Origin: Microthyrium microscopicum
Taxonomy: Eukaryota
DNA length: 64,000 nucleotides
Direction of reading: 5' to 3'
NCBI GenBank assembly: GCA_010405405.1
Contig: MU004236.1
Coordinates: 186,001-250,000 of the forward strand
Every line of letters begins with the position of its first letter. The first letter of the stretch is position 1. The position numbers and the translations under genes are program-made. Shown here piece after piece: positions 46,914 through 59,746 of this stretch. The notes under the pieces are model-generated. The model was not told the origin of the DNA. It was given only the letters and a program-made list of their open reading frames with translations, and ran no database searches.

Positions 46914-49186
46914 TCACTCCCACCCACCACCACTCTTCCTATCCCCCGGTCTCTCCTGTCCCAACAACTCCCTATTCTTCTCCAACCGCTCATAATGCAC
47001 CTTCGTAACCCCCCAATTCAAATAATCCAACTTATGCCCACACCGATTATGCAGTATATAATCCGCAAATTCCGGCGGTTCACAACACCCGCCCCAACAG
47101 TCCAAAAACCGTAACAACCCAAAACTCGAATGCTTCGTGTACGTATTCTCCAATATCCGCCATATGATCGGCAGCGCTATCTCATGGAAGAGCGGTATAC
47201 TCGCATACACGCGTCCCAAATTCACAAAATCATCAAAATATGCACTGGGCACCCAGTAGAGATCGCTCCAGCCTCGGCAGAATTCGTGGGTGTTTATGAT
47301 GTATTGTGGGAGTAGGTGGGCGGCGACGCGGTTGGCGCGTCTGACGTCTTCGAGACCGGTGTTTTGCCACCATATCCAGTTGGCGGTTGGGGGCGTGTTG
47401 GTGTGGCATTCGTAGGGTATGGAGGCTTCGTTGGAGAGGATCCAGATGCGGTTTTGGGGCATGTCGTGGAAGCTGAGGGGTTCGACCCAGGCGTCGAAGT
47501 GGAAGTAGAAGAGGCCGTCGATTGTTGTGTTGAGAGCACTGTTGGGGTTGGAGGTTGCGTTGGGGTTGGAGAATGCGTTGGAGTTGGAGTTGATGAGGGA
47601 GAGGAGGCTGATGACGGGTTGGTAGGGGAGGAATCGATCGTTCCAGTAGTCACGCTCGAGGGTCGTCTCGTTGGGTGGATGGGTTGTGGGGTCTTTGGCG
47701 GGCATGGAGACGTGGACGGTGTTGAAATAGGGAGAGTAGGCTTTGCGGACGAGGGCTTCGCGTTGGGGTAGATAGTTATTGATGCGGATGAAGGCGATGC
47801 TGTTCGCGAATGGTGATGTGACGGCGTTAATTGGTCCTAGGTTGACGACGGGAGAATTGGAGGTGGAGAGACGAGTAGAGGTTTGATAGCTTGTCAGCGC
47901 GGTGGAGAGGAAAACTGTCATGGTGGTTGTGACGATGAGACCGATTCCAGATATGAATGTTCTGCTGATTATAGAAGGCCGTGTCGTGTGCTCGACTTTA
48001 GCTGATTTCATAGGCTCGCTAGGTTTGGTGAGAGTTCCATTGACGTATTGATAGGCTGCTAGGACTACCACGCCTGTTCCAGGAATAACTAGAACAGACA
48101 TACTCGCTCCTAAGACAGATTCTACACTGAAGAGAATGGCAGCAGCGATTCCAAGAACCAGACAGTTGACCAAGGCATCATTGTATTTGAGTACAGCTGC
48201 TGTTGACAATCCTACGGCAACACTGCTCAAGACAGCTGAAGCAATACCACCAAACTCGAGGCTGTCGAGCGAGACGTTTTCGGAGGACTGTATAGACAGA
48301 GCGCCATAGACGATCAGGTTAATGATCGCAGTATATCCGAACAGGACTATGTTCATAGCATGGAATGATATCTCCGAGATTTGGTAGAGCTTCTGATTAT
48401 AAACTGATGAGATTGCAAATGCTATGCATTGAAGGAGGACCGTCAAAGGATCGAATACAGAGGTCTTTGTAATGTTGGGTCTGCTGAATTGAATGACTGC
48501 TGAACCACACATCTACTTTCATTAGCATAGTCTCAACAAGCGAATGTTGCTCTTACCATGAGAATCAGAGCTGCCCATTGTTGTCCAGATATCCCCTTTC
48601 CAAGTACACGGACCATTGCAATGGCAGTTACAATCACTAAGCTTGATCTAATCAACTCTGACGCGCCAGACTGTTCGCTTGCGATCGGTAGCGCCTTGTG
48701 AGAATTAGCATATTGATCTTTTTGGTAGCACATTGTATGACTGGATACTTACAACTCCACCGGATAATGTATACCCAAGAGCAATTTGGGCAAAACCGAT
48801 CATGACAGTCGATGGCATGCCTTTATGAAAGGAAAGCAAGGATCCAACGCCGCTCGATTGACCAGAGATAACAATGGGGCCATCTTCAAGGTCAATCTCA
48901 TCCTTTTCCAAATCACTTTCCAAAGCGCGTTCTCGAACATATAGCACTGCCGAGATGATAACTTTAACAATCTCACAAATAGCCACTATCAAAGGCGAAG
49001 CCAGTAGCCGCCGTTGACTGTTATCATCATATCAGTACCATCATATAGAAGGATATCAGTCAGTACATACTCTACATGTTTCGATACGAGCTGGAAGAGT
49101 AGTCCCGTACTCAATTGCGAGACTATCACAGCGAGCACTGATGCTACAGCAGGACTTTGCCATGAATCTGACCATGAAGGAAGCAT
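46914..49186 (-). CDS. Nucleotide-sugar transporter (SLC35A-like) fused to a C-terminal glycosyltransferase-like domain
   Basis: N-terminal exons read VAICEIVKVIISAVL and IVTAIAM..LGKGISGQQWAALILM, followed by many TM helices. The soluble C-terminal domain contains FYFHFDAWVEP, GWSDLYWVP, FHEIALPII and DCWGGCC. Three introns. Confidence 0.75.
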
Positions 49187-50240
49187 GATGGTAAACGAGC
49201 ACCAGGAATGCTAGAACTCAATTGGGGCCCATTTGCTTATATGGAGCGCGGTAGCGCGTGGTATGCTTGAACTGAATTCCTGGGCGACATCTCCAGCCTT
49301 GCCATACCTTGAGCGCATAATCCTGCTCCTTGCATGAAAATTTATGAACTTGGCGATTGGAGGATTGATCAAAGCTGCTATACTTATCGCATTGAATTGA
49401 TCTCTGACTGTTGACAGTGTTGATTCAACTTCTTTGGTATTCGCCCTCTGATTTCGATTGACCGCCAATGACATGTGAATGAATTTGTCTGCTGCTTGAA
49501 ACGCCTTCAAGTTGCGTTGTTCTTGGGGGAAGTAGTCGACGGTGGCGAAAAGGCAAGGCCTACATCAATCATGCTAACCACCCTGTATCCATAGTACTCA
49601 CTGATTACGATGTTGTCGAGAGGAAGGACGTAATAAAATCGAAGCCCTCACAACGCGAATTGTAGTAAATTCAAATTAAGCAGTAGGACATCTTTAGTCA
49701 ATGCCCAGTAAAATAAAAGTTCTCTACTCATTGATGATCATGATGAGTATATAATTACAAGTGCAATATAGTAACATACAAGAAAAGTACAGATTCATGA
49801 GCTGATCTTTCGTGTTTAAATGGCGCCAAATCTATTTGCATCCATGGCTAAAAAGGAGCCATGTCCGATTAACATTTTTCAAATGCGCCATCGAAGACAT
49901 GAACACCGGAAAAGAATATGCTTGTTGTGTCGTAAAGGCATCCATAGATGGCAGGTCGTGTCTTGTGCTGGATGGCAACGAGGTTTGATGATTTGACGCC
50001 ACATCGCGCCTGTTTCTAATAATGCCAGTGGTGTGCAGGTGTGAATAAATGAGTAGCGTGCTAATGCAGTAGCGGGTATCTAGCAGTCTATGCAGTCGGA
50101 AACGGTCAAAGGTATGTAACGTCGTGAGTTTGATGCGAGTTCTTTATTTCGTTGAAGAGGAAGCGCGGTGACTAGGTAGTCGCTGATGCCGTTCGAAGGG
50201 TGGTGATAGTGGAGGGACTACTGTGAGCCCGACTTAGTTG

Positions 50241-50871
50241 TCACTTTGATTTTCCTTTGCCTTTATTTTTACTCGAGGCGGTGAGTTTACTGGTTTGCAT
50301 CAATTCGCCAATGTAACTGCAAGAAGGATTAGTCTCGGTCACGACGAGCTCAAAGGCATCAAGACGTACGATTGCAAGAAGCGATTGCCTCCTTCTAGTT
50401 TCTCATGTTCGGATTTGACGCTTTCAACTCGTTCTACTATTTGTAGAAGGCTTTCTTGGAGTTCTTTGGCTTGTCTGAAAAGTACGTCAGCAAGGATTGG
50501 GACGCGAACTGGAGCAACACATACTCCATGAGCGCTTGACGAGCATTCTCCCCAAGTCTATCTACCTCCTCGCTCGTCCGTCTTGGGCTCATGGTTCGAG
50601 CATCTTCAGGTCCATATTCTTCTTCGATCATTTCGATGTTGGGATCATCCCGAGGAACGATGATGGTGCCACTGGACTTCCTGCTCGGTAGCTTTGGACG
50701 TTGAAGTTTGTTTGGTTCGGAAGGTTCGTCAGTCTCGCTGGAAGAATTTGACACTGGGCTTCGGGATACGAGGCCATCATCTCCCGTGTCCACTCTGAAA
50801 AGGGTGTGGTTGTCGTCCATTGGCCTTGGATCCGATGAAACAGGTTCAGAGATGTTTTGCATGCTTGCCAT
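50241..50871 (-). CDS. Short coiled-coil protein, DUF2205 (SLO1/SCOC-like)
   Basis: The spliced C-terminus reads QAKELQESLLQIVERVESVKSEHEKLEGGNRFLQSYIGELMQTSK...KGKSK*. Two introns. Confidence 0.8.
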
Positions 50872-53800
50872 TATGGGATATGAATTTGTATGGTTGATTC
50901 AGATGCGTCAGCTCCAGGATTCAACAGTCAATTAGATGTATTATTCTTCTTATTCTGTGTCACTTCACAAAACCCAGTGGAATGGTGAAGTATGACACCC
51001 ATGAACCAGCAAAGAGAAATGGATGAGAAGAATGGAACCACGAATCTTTATGAGCTAGAGGTGTGGACCCTGAGGCGAAAGTAGTCAGCTGCTTCGGTGG
51101 ACCAAGGCGAATAGCGTCGGTGAGAAATGATAACGAGCTAGGAGTTTGGCAGGGCGAAATGTCGGTTCTCCGCAATTCAGATAATCCCAAACACGATCCA
51201 GAAAGCCAGGAATTAAATTCGCAATCGAAGAGTAATCCAGTAACTCCAAACTTTGGTACTGATGGCGAGTCTGAAGCTCGTGGGAACTGGTGCGGCTGAG
51301 ACGGTGTATGGAGCCGAGTGGGAGGAGCGCGGCAGCGGAATGCAGGATATAAAGAAGGGCTGAGGTGGGATCAGGCTCTCGAGACGTCAGGACAGTTTAG
51401 GTTCCCGAGTGGCTCGCAATTGGCAAGTGGACAAAACAGGCACAGATGGACAGCGTTAGGATGGACATATGTCGATCTTAGGCTGGAATTGTGTATGTTT
51501 GACGGGATGGGTGCCGTGGGAGTCTTTTAGGGGCAAGACACGGGAGGTTCTTTGGTGGATGACTGAGATGGGATTGGATTGACAGCGCTAGGGCCTTGTA
51601 AATATGACGATGGCCGGCAGCCGCAGGTCCGCAATGTTTCTCTTCCTGTGCGGGTGCCCTCCCTACCGTATGGGTCTGTGGTGTTCTTCTCAGCCTGTGT
51701 TGAAAATTGATTTTTATGTCAACGGCCTCGAGGTTGACGCTTGCCTGCACCGTTGGGATTTGCGCGCGGGGATAGGTCAACGTCCACTGAACTGATATCG
51801 TTGACTTGCCTCCCCTTGATGCAAAGACCCTGAACACGATGGAGCCTTGCGTTGATTTCCAACCTTGCTTACCGTAATCTGTTAGCTGTATCCAGTATGG
51901 TGTCTCGTACAACCGATGCCACGGTTTAAGTTCTGCAGTCGGTACAATGCTTCAAAGACTTTAGACTAGTCTTGATCGTGAAAATGTAATGACCAGTGGA
52001 CCACGATAAGTCGGAGAGTCCCGCCGGCAAAGACTGTTGTGACAGATGGCAAACAGCGGCAAAAGCATCACGATTCACGATTATTAAACGTCGAAGAGTT
52101 GAAGAGGTTCAAGCCATCTGCCGCAGCCCAACAAGGTGCATCCCTGTCTGACTGACAGCTATCCCTGCATACATCCAACCTTCCCTCTCCGCCAGAAAAT
52201 GACGTCGAAAGATCTTCACAACTTCATCCTCGTCCAACCATTGCTTCTCCATTCTTACAACACCCTCCAATTAATAAACAGCCCACTGTATGCCTTGACA
52301 CTCGATTCATTCACGAACAGTTAAGATCAACATCCACCGCCCTTTGACTGACAACTCCCCAACCCTTCAACTCCGCTGCCCTGCTGACCATCCACTATAG
52401 CACATCGTCACAATTCTCTGTCCTACAAAGCCCACGAAACATATTATACCTGTGTCTTTCCTCTTCATCCGCCTGGTGCGTTGGACCCTGAGATTACCCT
52501 TCGTGTCACCTCTATACCCAGCCTTTGCAACCTGTCCTGGCAAACAGATGTCGCACAAGTCAGCATTCTGGATCGTCGCATGTCGATCGAAATAACAGAC
52601 GGCATTTGACTGGGATATCACTCAATTCTGAACCCTGAGACAGCTGAACAATCCTCCAGCTTGGCAAATTCCACCAGCCTTAGCACAGAGACAATTACCG
52701 TACCGCGTCCAGTTCACCCAAATAATAATACCTCACAAATGCACCCCGCATATTGAGATGATGTGATGCGTTTCCACAGTTAGCAAAAAACTTTAAACCT
52801 TCAAGAGTCGAATCAAACGTGCTGGCATATGCATATTTTAATTCCCGAGGCCGGACTTTTCACCGGTATATGCTTAGCGGATTCACTACCAGGTAGTAGT
52901 AGGGAGGTAAATTGTGACTTGATAGAGCACTGCTAATAATATCAACTACTACAATACCCAGGAGGAGTGTACGTAAGCTATTTAGGTTGAAGAGCAGCAA
53001 GCAATAATATCATCTTTACAATTAATTGTGGCATCGACTTTTTCAGAAAGCTGCCATTTGTGTCTGACACGCGAAATATGATGTCTATGTCAATCGTTGC
53101 TCTTCTCAAATATTGAGCTAGTCAGACGATACCGGAAGCTTCCTTGAGAAACTTGAAACCAGTCTGCCATTCGACATGAAAAAGTACCCTCTGACATCCT
53201 AGCTTGAAGCCCTTGTTTCTCGAAGCTTGCCTTTCTGTTCGTCCACTTCCTGTTCAAGTCACTGAAGGATTCAGGGTCCAGCAAACGGGAAGTCGTTCCG
53301 GGGACTCCAGTGTCTTTATTCTTCTTCTTGGTCACGCTATGCTACACCTGAGACGCCTATTGCCAGCATGGCTAAAGGAAAACTACTTGGACACTAAAAT
53401 GACTGAAACAAAGCATTGGCATAACGTAACTATTCGTTGTATCTATATAGGTATGTTTCTTCACATTTGCGTATTCTGCCTTGTATGTCTTATGGTTCTG
53501 GAAACAATATGAAGAGCACCGCCTGGGTTTATCAACCATCCTAGATTTCAGACGTCACTTGGACGATTGTTCGTCATCAGGCTGACTAGGTTGCAAACCT
53601 CCCCACGACTCAAGTTTTGGTGCGCTGGGATCGAGGTGAGAGTTGTCGATCTCTTCTCGTCCTAGCAATGTCTTGCGCTGTTGAGACCAGCATGTTCAGC
53701 CGAGGGATTTAGACACGTTTGTTGAGTTTGTTGGTAGTCATCAGCAGAAATCTGCCCCGGGTTATGAGGAGTATGCGTCTAATTCGCTGGCTCACTATAG

Positions 53801-53909
53801 GAGGTAGCTTATTGGCTGGTAAGTACTAGATAGATACATGTCGATGGGAAAATAGTTTCACGCATTTACAGATTTAATTCATGAGGATATTGTCTTGTTG
53901 TTAGCCTCG

Positions 53910-55586
53910 TCACACGAGAACGAACTCTTCTGTCTCGAAAGGAAGAGGCTCTTTATGCAACCGGTCCAACCATGAGATATCTTCATGATCATAGTCCGGC
54001 TGAGCTTGTCGGCGCAATTCTACAAAGCCTTCTCCGTGCATTAGTTCCTTGACAAAGCACTCCCCAAGAAACGTGTACGAGTCTCCGAATGGACGTAACA
54101 GCAGTGGCACTCTACCTCCGAGCAGTAGGCAGATCATGTCTCCGCCTCTGACAGAATGAGGTGCCATTCCAAAACTTCCCTTCGCCGATATGAAGAATTT
54201 TCGGTCCTTCATACCTCTTGCAACCAGTGTTGGCCTAAGCAATTTATTGTCAAGATTTTTGGGCAAGGCGTGCTTTAGGAGAAAGAAGCCATCGATTACG
54301 TCGTCAACAGCTGTTTTTAATGACTGCTCTGTCACCCTGTGTATATCGCCGGGCTTCCTGCCAGCGCATTCATTGATTCTTTCAAGGACAGATTGATTGT
54401 TTCGGTAGAATTCGTCGGGTTTGAAAGTATACCTGAATGTATCGATGTGTACCCCACTCAGGTGGAGCGTCCTTATACTATCGGTAGGCTGAATGATAGC
54501 CTTTGAGGACCCTGTAGCCGAGTGCTTTCCACCATGCGGCCAGGGAAGGAACGTACCCGTAGCTTTTTCTGATTCTCGCCAGTCAGGTACCCATGATGGA
54601 AGATTTCCTGTCGGCCTGGATCCCTCCACCGTGGAATGACTGGCCTCGAGGCAATGGAGTGAGCCAGTCGAGATGATGCGATGCTTAGCTACTGACGCAA
54701 ATACCTCTTCGAAAGGCTTCTCATAGTCGGGTAAGACTTGCAAACCATCCGTGGATATCTCACGAAGTGCATACACAAGATCGCGAGGATCTGTGGCTCC
54801 TACTCCACGCCGCCATGGAAGCATTTGTGAGAGCGACTGATTTTGGCTGGCGAGGTGTGAGAGCGACTGATTTTGGAGCGGAAACCCATCCTTAGCCATG
54901 CGCAATATCTCTATAGCTTGCAACGCAGAGCCTAAAAGTTCAGGCCTCTGGTCAAGGAGATCGTTAACAATATCGCGCATCTCTGTGGCAGGCAGACACC
55001 TAGAGCCACAATGTATTTTGACTTCGTCAGCTAAGAGGAATTCTTGGAATGTCCAGGCCCTGGTGAACCAGGACCGTCCAAGCAAGCTTTTGATCGCCAA
55101 GTACTCCAGATCCGTGGTTTGTTGGCTTTCGATATCGTCACCGGCCTCAAGCTCGTCTGTATGCCTTTGAAAGACCGAAACGGCCAATCTGGACTGCGCA
55201 TCTTCTTCTCCAAGCCAGACCAGCACGCATGTTGCGCGTTTATATATACGGGCCATCAATTTGACCTGCGCGCTGCGTTCTGCAAGATCTTTTTGGTTGA
55301 CGCTTATGCTATCGGCCCATAGATATCGAGGCTGCGTTTCGTCACGAAAGCGCAGTAGTGCATCACTGAGGTTTGCAGGTATCCCGAGCTCTTTTTCATC
55401 ACATACAATGGGCACTAGATTTGTCGTGTCTCCCCAGACATAAGAAATCGCTTCAAAGGACCAAGAACTGTTGAAGGGAACTTCTTCGAGAGTACATTGT
55501 ATTGCTTCGCCATCGGTGAGAGGGAGTAACTTCAACAGGCGAAAAGATGTTTCCGCAGACAGTGGCCGGTATACATATTTGTCCAT
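53910..55586 (-). CDS. HET-domain protein (HET-6-like heterokaryon incompatibility family)
   Basis: Motifs FRLLKLLP, FEAISYVWGD, YLWADSISVNQKDLAERSAQVKLMARIYKRA, WFTRAWTFQE, ATDPRDLVYAL, LPSWVPDW and GDMICLLLGGRVPLLLRP..GECFV..LMHGE. Intronless. Confidence 0.93.
   Translation of the reverse strand: MDKYVYRPLSAETSFRLLKLLPLTDGEAIQCTLEEVPFNSSWSFEAISYVWGDTTNLVPIVCDEKELGIPANLSDALLRFRDETQPRYLWADSISVNQKDLAERSAQVKLMARIYKRATCVLVWLGEEDAQSRLAVSVFQRHTDELEAGDDIESQQTTDLEYLAIKSLLGRSWFTRAWTFQEFLLADEVKIHCGSRCLPATEMRDIVNDLLDQRPELLGSALQAIEILRMAKDGFPLQNQSLSHLASQNQSLSQMLPWRRGVGATDPRDLVYALREISTDGLQVLPDYEKPFEEVFASVAKHRIISTGSLHCLEASHSTVEGSRPTGNLPSWVPDWRESEKATGTFLPWPHGGKHSATGSSKAIIQPTDSIRTLHLSGVHIDTFRYTFKPDEFYRNNQSVLERINECAGRKPGDIHRVTEQSLKTAVDDVIDGFFLLKHALPKNLDNKLLRPTLVARGMKDRKFFISAKGSFGMAPHSVRGGDMICLLLGGRVPLLLRPFGDSYTFLGECFVKELMHGEGFVELRRQAQPDYDHEDISWLDRLHKEPLPFETEEFVLV
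54826..54876. repeat. 30 bp-period tandem duplication inside the HET gene
   Basis: TGTGAGAGCGACTGATTTTGG occurs at 54826-54846 and 54856-54876; the protein reads QNQSLSH-LAS-QNQSLSQ. Confidence 0.8.
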
Positions 55587-55872
55587 TTGATAGTAAAAGT
55601 TTGAGGTAAGCATAGAGGAGCAAGTTTGGTACCCAAACATAGGGGGGAGAAGCTAGAGGCCGCTAGATTGATTACACGAGAGGATCTAGTAGCGCGGCCG
55701 AAAAGTAACAGACCTTAGCCGCGTGGACTAACGGCTTCTGGACATGACATAAGCCGGCTGTCAGTGCAATCAATCTTGCAACCTACATCATGAAACCTAC
55801 CAATCCAATACATGTTTTCTACGTGCACATAGTATAGATAGTATGTGAATCTCCAAGTCAAGACTTTCTTGT

Positions 55873-56247
55873 CTAAAACACAGCTTGTCGCAGCCCACAA
55901 CCCAGCAGAACCGGCAAGAACACATAATGATCCCACAGTCCCCTTCCAAGAGCCTCATGCAACGCATACCCATCAACCACCACAACGCAAGCACCCGCCA
56001 ACAGAACCCATCCGATGACTCTTCTACTTCGATGATAGATAGCAGCCCATGTCGTAATACCCATGTATATGTCGCGGATTGCGAAGCCTTTGCGCAAAAT
56101 GTCCACCAACTCGGCATTGGCGGTAGACACTGGAGGATTCTTGAACATGAGTGGGATGATAAAGTCGGGTGCTAGTAGGAGGAGAAGGCCCACTAGGATT
56201 GGCATTGTCGCAAAGTATGCGTTTATGAATGTAAGGAAGCGTGGCAT
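55873..56247 (-). CDS. Small membrane protein, DUF4267-like
   Basis: 124 aa with about 4 hydrophobic helices and the motifs FAIRDIYMG, VVVVDGY and WDHYVF. Confidence 0.7.
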   Translation of the reverse strand: MPRFLTFINAYFATMPILVGLLLLLAPDFIIPLMFKNPPVSTANAELVDILRKGFAIRDIYMGITTWAAIYHRSRRVIGWVLLAGACVVVVDGYALHEALGRGLWDHYVFLPVLLGCGLRQAVF

Positions 56248-57153
56248 GGCGGGTGGTTTCTGGCTGGGTTTGCTGTGGGTTGGATTCTGAGTGTTTTTTG
56301 TGATTAGGCTTTGCTAAAAGGTTGACGGTTTAGTCGTATGTCTCCAGGGACGAGAAACCAAAGAGGAGAGGTTCTTCTAGCATGGCAAAGCTGGGGTAAC
56401 AGGTATAGAGTCCTAGAGTAAGCGTAGGTAGCTGACGTGAGCACTATACCCTAAGTTAGGCCCAAAGTTTTCGTGCCAGTTAGGAGGCTGTCGACCTCAT
56501 TTGGAGTACATGATCTTGTCCGGCAGAATCTGCCACACTGAATTATGTGCAGGAAGTGACCTGTATGACTTACAGAAATGACCTTCAAGTCCTAAGAGAT
56601 CGGCCTCTACTTCTAACATTTCGAGCTTTGAGAAAGCCTGCTTAGATCGTAAATCATTAGATATGGACTGTCAAAACGGCTAGTAACGGCGCCATTGAAT
56701 ACAATAGGCTATAAAGCAGTTGTATTTACCCACTAGACATGAGAAATTGCGTCGAAGTCCAGCGCCTCGCTGAATTCGACCTCCTCAAGAGCACTCCGTC
56801 CAGAGCTTCATCATTGGTACGTAGAAGCAGAGTCACCAGGCGGAGTAATATCAGGCAGTAGCCGGTAAATACTATTGTCCATTTGATTGTGTAGTGACGT
56901 GAGTATGAAGTAGCAGGAGTTGAGGTCAGTTTGATGATCGCCTTTAAAGGCGATGGCAGGAATTCGCGGCGGCTAACCCCTGCGCTAAGGTCTGGTAATG
57001 GAAAGCGGGCCGAAAAGTAACAAGATTTAAACGCATGCACTAGCTATTTGTAGCCATGACATAAGCGGGCGTTTGGCGCTGTCAGTACAACCTCAACGAC
57101 GTCTTGCATTCGCCTGTTGCCTTCTACACCTCTCGTCATATCATACAACAGCT

Positions 57154-58657
57154 ATGGGTGCTCTGCTTTCTCTACCGCTACTGGCGATTCCTAGCCTCGG
57201 AACTGTATGTTCTCTCAACTCACCTAGCTCCTATATACTGACCACATTTCTAGGTCCTCTCCGTTGGTGCGTCATGTTGCGGAGCAGCAACCTGCTCTGC
57301 CTTGTGCAGCGCATGCGGCAAATGCCAGAACAGTGTCATGACTAGAATCGGATACGCCATCCTCCTTCTCGTAAACTCGATCGTCTCCTGGCTGATGCTT
57401 ACCGACTGGGCAATCAAGAAACTGGAACATCTTACAATGGACTACATGAAGCTATCGTGTGTTGGCAAGGAGTGCTACGGATTCGTTGCGGTCCATCGCA
57501 TGAACTTTGCGTTGGGTACCTTCCATTTCCTGATGGCTGTACTGCTAGTTGGTGTCAACTCATCGAGAGATAAACGGGCACCTATCCAAAACAGCTTCTG
57601 GGGCCCCAAGATCATCGCCTGGCTCGGCCTTATCGTGGTCTCTTTCTTCATCCCCGACTCCTTCTTCGTCGCTTGGGGGAACTACGTCGCGCTCGTGGGC
57701 GCCATGCTCTTCCTCCTCCTCGGTCTCGTCCTACTCGTCGATCTAGCCCACACCTGGGCGGAACACTGCCTCGAGCGCATCGATACCACCGAGTCCAAAA
57801 CCTGGCAAGCCATGCTCATCGGCTCCACTCTATCCATGTATCTCGGCACCCTCGCCATGACCATCGTCATGTACATCTTCTTCGCCGGCGCCGGCTGTTC
57901 CATGAACCAAGCCGCCATCACCGTCAACCTCCTCCTCGCCATCGCCATCACCGCCCTGAGCATCCACCCCACCATTCAAGCCTACAACCCCCGCGCAGGT
58001 CTCTGTCAAGCCAGCATGGTGGCGGTATACTGCACATACCTAACCATGAGTGCCGTCGGCATGGAACCCGACAACACATGCAACCCCCTCCAACGCGCCA
58101 ACGGCACCCGCACCGCCTCCATCGTTCTCGGCGCCTTCGTCACCTTTCTCACCATGGCCTGGACCACCACCCGCGCCGCGACCATGGGTCTCGCAGGCTC
58201 CAGCGTCCGCAACGGCGGCTACGGAGCCGTACCATCTGGCGACGAAGAATACACGCACAGCCTCGTTTCCACCCAACCATCCAGCCGCCGCGAACTCCGC
58301 GACGCTGCACTCCGCGCCGCCGTCAACAGCGGCAGTCTACCCGCATCCGCACTAGACGACGCAGACGACGATTACTACAGTGACAGCGAAGATGGTAACG
58401 GAAAGAAGCGTGATGATGAGCGCGGCGGAACACAATATAACTACTCACTCTTCCACGTGGTGTTTTTACTGTCAACTGCATGGGTAGCCACACTGTTGAC
58501 GCAGAATATTACGGCTGACAAGGACTTGCACTTTGCGCCGGTGGGCCGATCATATTGGGCGAGTTGGGTCAAGATTGTGAGCAGCTGGGTGTGTTATACG
58601 ATATATTCATGGAGCTTGGCGGCTCCGGCGGTACTGCCGGATCGCTTTGATTATTAA
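57154..58657 (+). CDS. TMS1: Serinc/TMS1 membrane protein
   Basis: MGALLSLPLLAIP, intron at about 57205-57253, then SCCGAATCSALCSACGKCQNSVMTRIGYA. Later motifs include YNYSLFHVVF and WVKIVSSWVCY..WSLAAP..PDRF. Confidence 0.95.
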
Positions 58658-59746
58658 AGATTGGAAATAAGGACATATGGTGCATATTTGGCTGGTCGAA
58701 GATGGATGGGTGGGCGGCGCTTGATTGATTTTCTCACTCCCTATAGCATAAACATAAACTTATTCTTTGACTGCTCCTACACTTCTGACGGTTGTTCCAT
58801 TGTTGTGAGAGTTGATAATCGCATGGCTGTAGTCGGTCCGTCCGGGCAATAGTGCAAAAGATAACATGTGGAAAATATCACGTTTACAATCACAAGAAAA
58901 CCAGTAGAATCACTGTCATGAGAATTTGCACTACAAAGCACTATGACAAGCAGCGTCAGCTTCCGCCGCGCTGAACGCTTCCGCTGCGTATGAATCTCTC
59001 CATATTCCGACTTCCTCGGAGAAGATGTCTAAACCTAGACTTTTTGTAATGCGCAAGATCCTTCGCATATCATTAAACAGCGCATATCCCTCTTAGTAGA
59101 GGCAGTTACAGCGAACACCGTACGGAAAAAGAAAAGCCATGTCGGACCACAGTTTGTGAAAAAACGTGGGAGGTGCAGATGACGCCAGAATAAACGCCGT
59201 AAGATAGAACGCCAGGCCAATTTGCTTCGCTCTTGAAATATGCGAGTAGCTCGAAGAAGACCCGTTTTCCGCAAGATCAGCCAGGTCAAGGGGAAAAGAA
59301 AACCGTTACGTTATGTGGGCCTTCGTATGGGGCACGCCGAGCCCAATCCTGAGTTTCCTGACAAGTAGTGCAACATATGGTTCGTTATGCGTCGTTATGT
59401 GGTTTGTTTAGTCGTCAGTGTGATGGGAGGTTGTTGGTGAAGAAAGCTCTGGGAAGCTTGTTGATGTTGGTTCTCCAGGTATTTGGAAACGCGATATGGT
59501 CGTCGGGGGAGATGTCGATGGCCAGATATTAGTTGTGATTTTATGAATATATGATACATGGACGCGGCTTATTGGCGTTGGGCGGCATCAGGATTGGAGG
59601 CATAACGTATGTAACCAGTGGTATGGTGATATTGCATTGCTGAGAATGGATTTCTTTAAGCATGCGCCATTTGGTTGTGAGAGCCGAGATCCAACTGTGC
59701 AAAGTGTGTGATTGTTGTTGAGTATTAGCGAGCCAGAGAGAAATCA

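Noticed and set aside
52100..52760. Possible small spliced gene with a CxxC (LCDIC) on the minus strand
   Set aside because: Could not build a stop-free spliced model with confidence.
57673..58383. 236 aa Arg/His/Pro-rich alternative-frame ORF overlapping TMS1, and similar antisense ORFs over DOCK, HMGCL and the P/Q-rich gene
   Set aside because: Shadow ORFs caused by GC-rich codon bias in the real gene.
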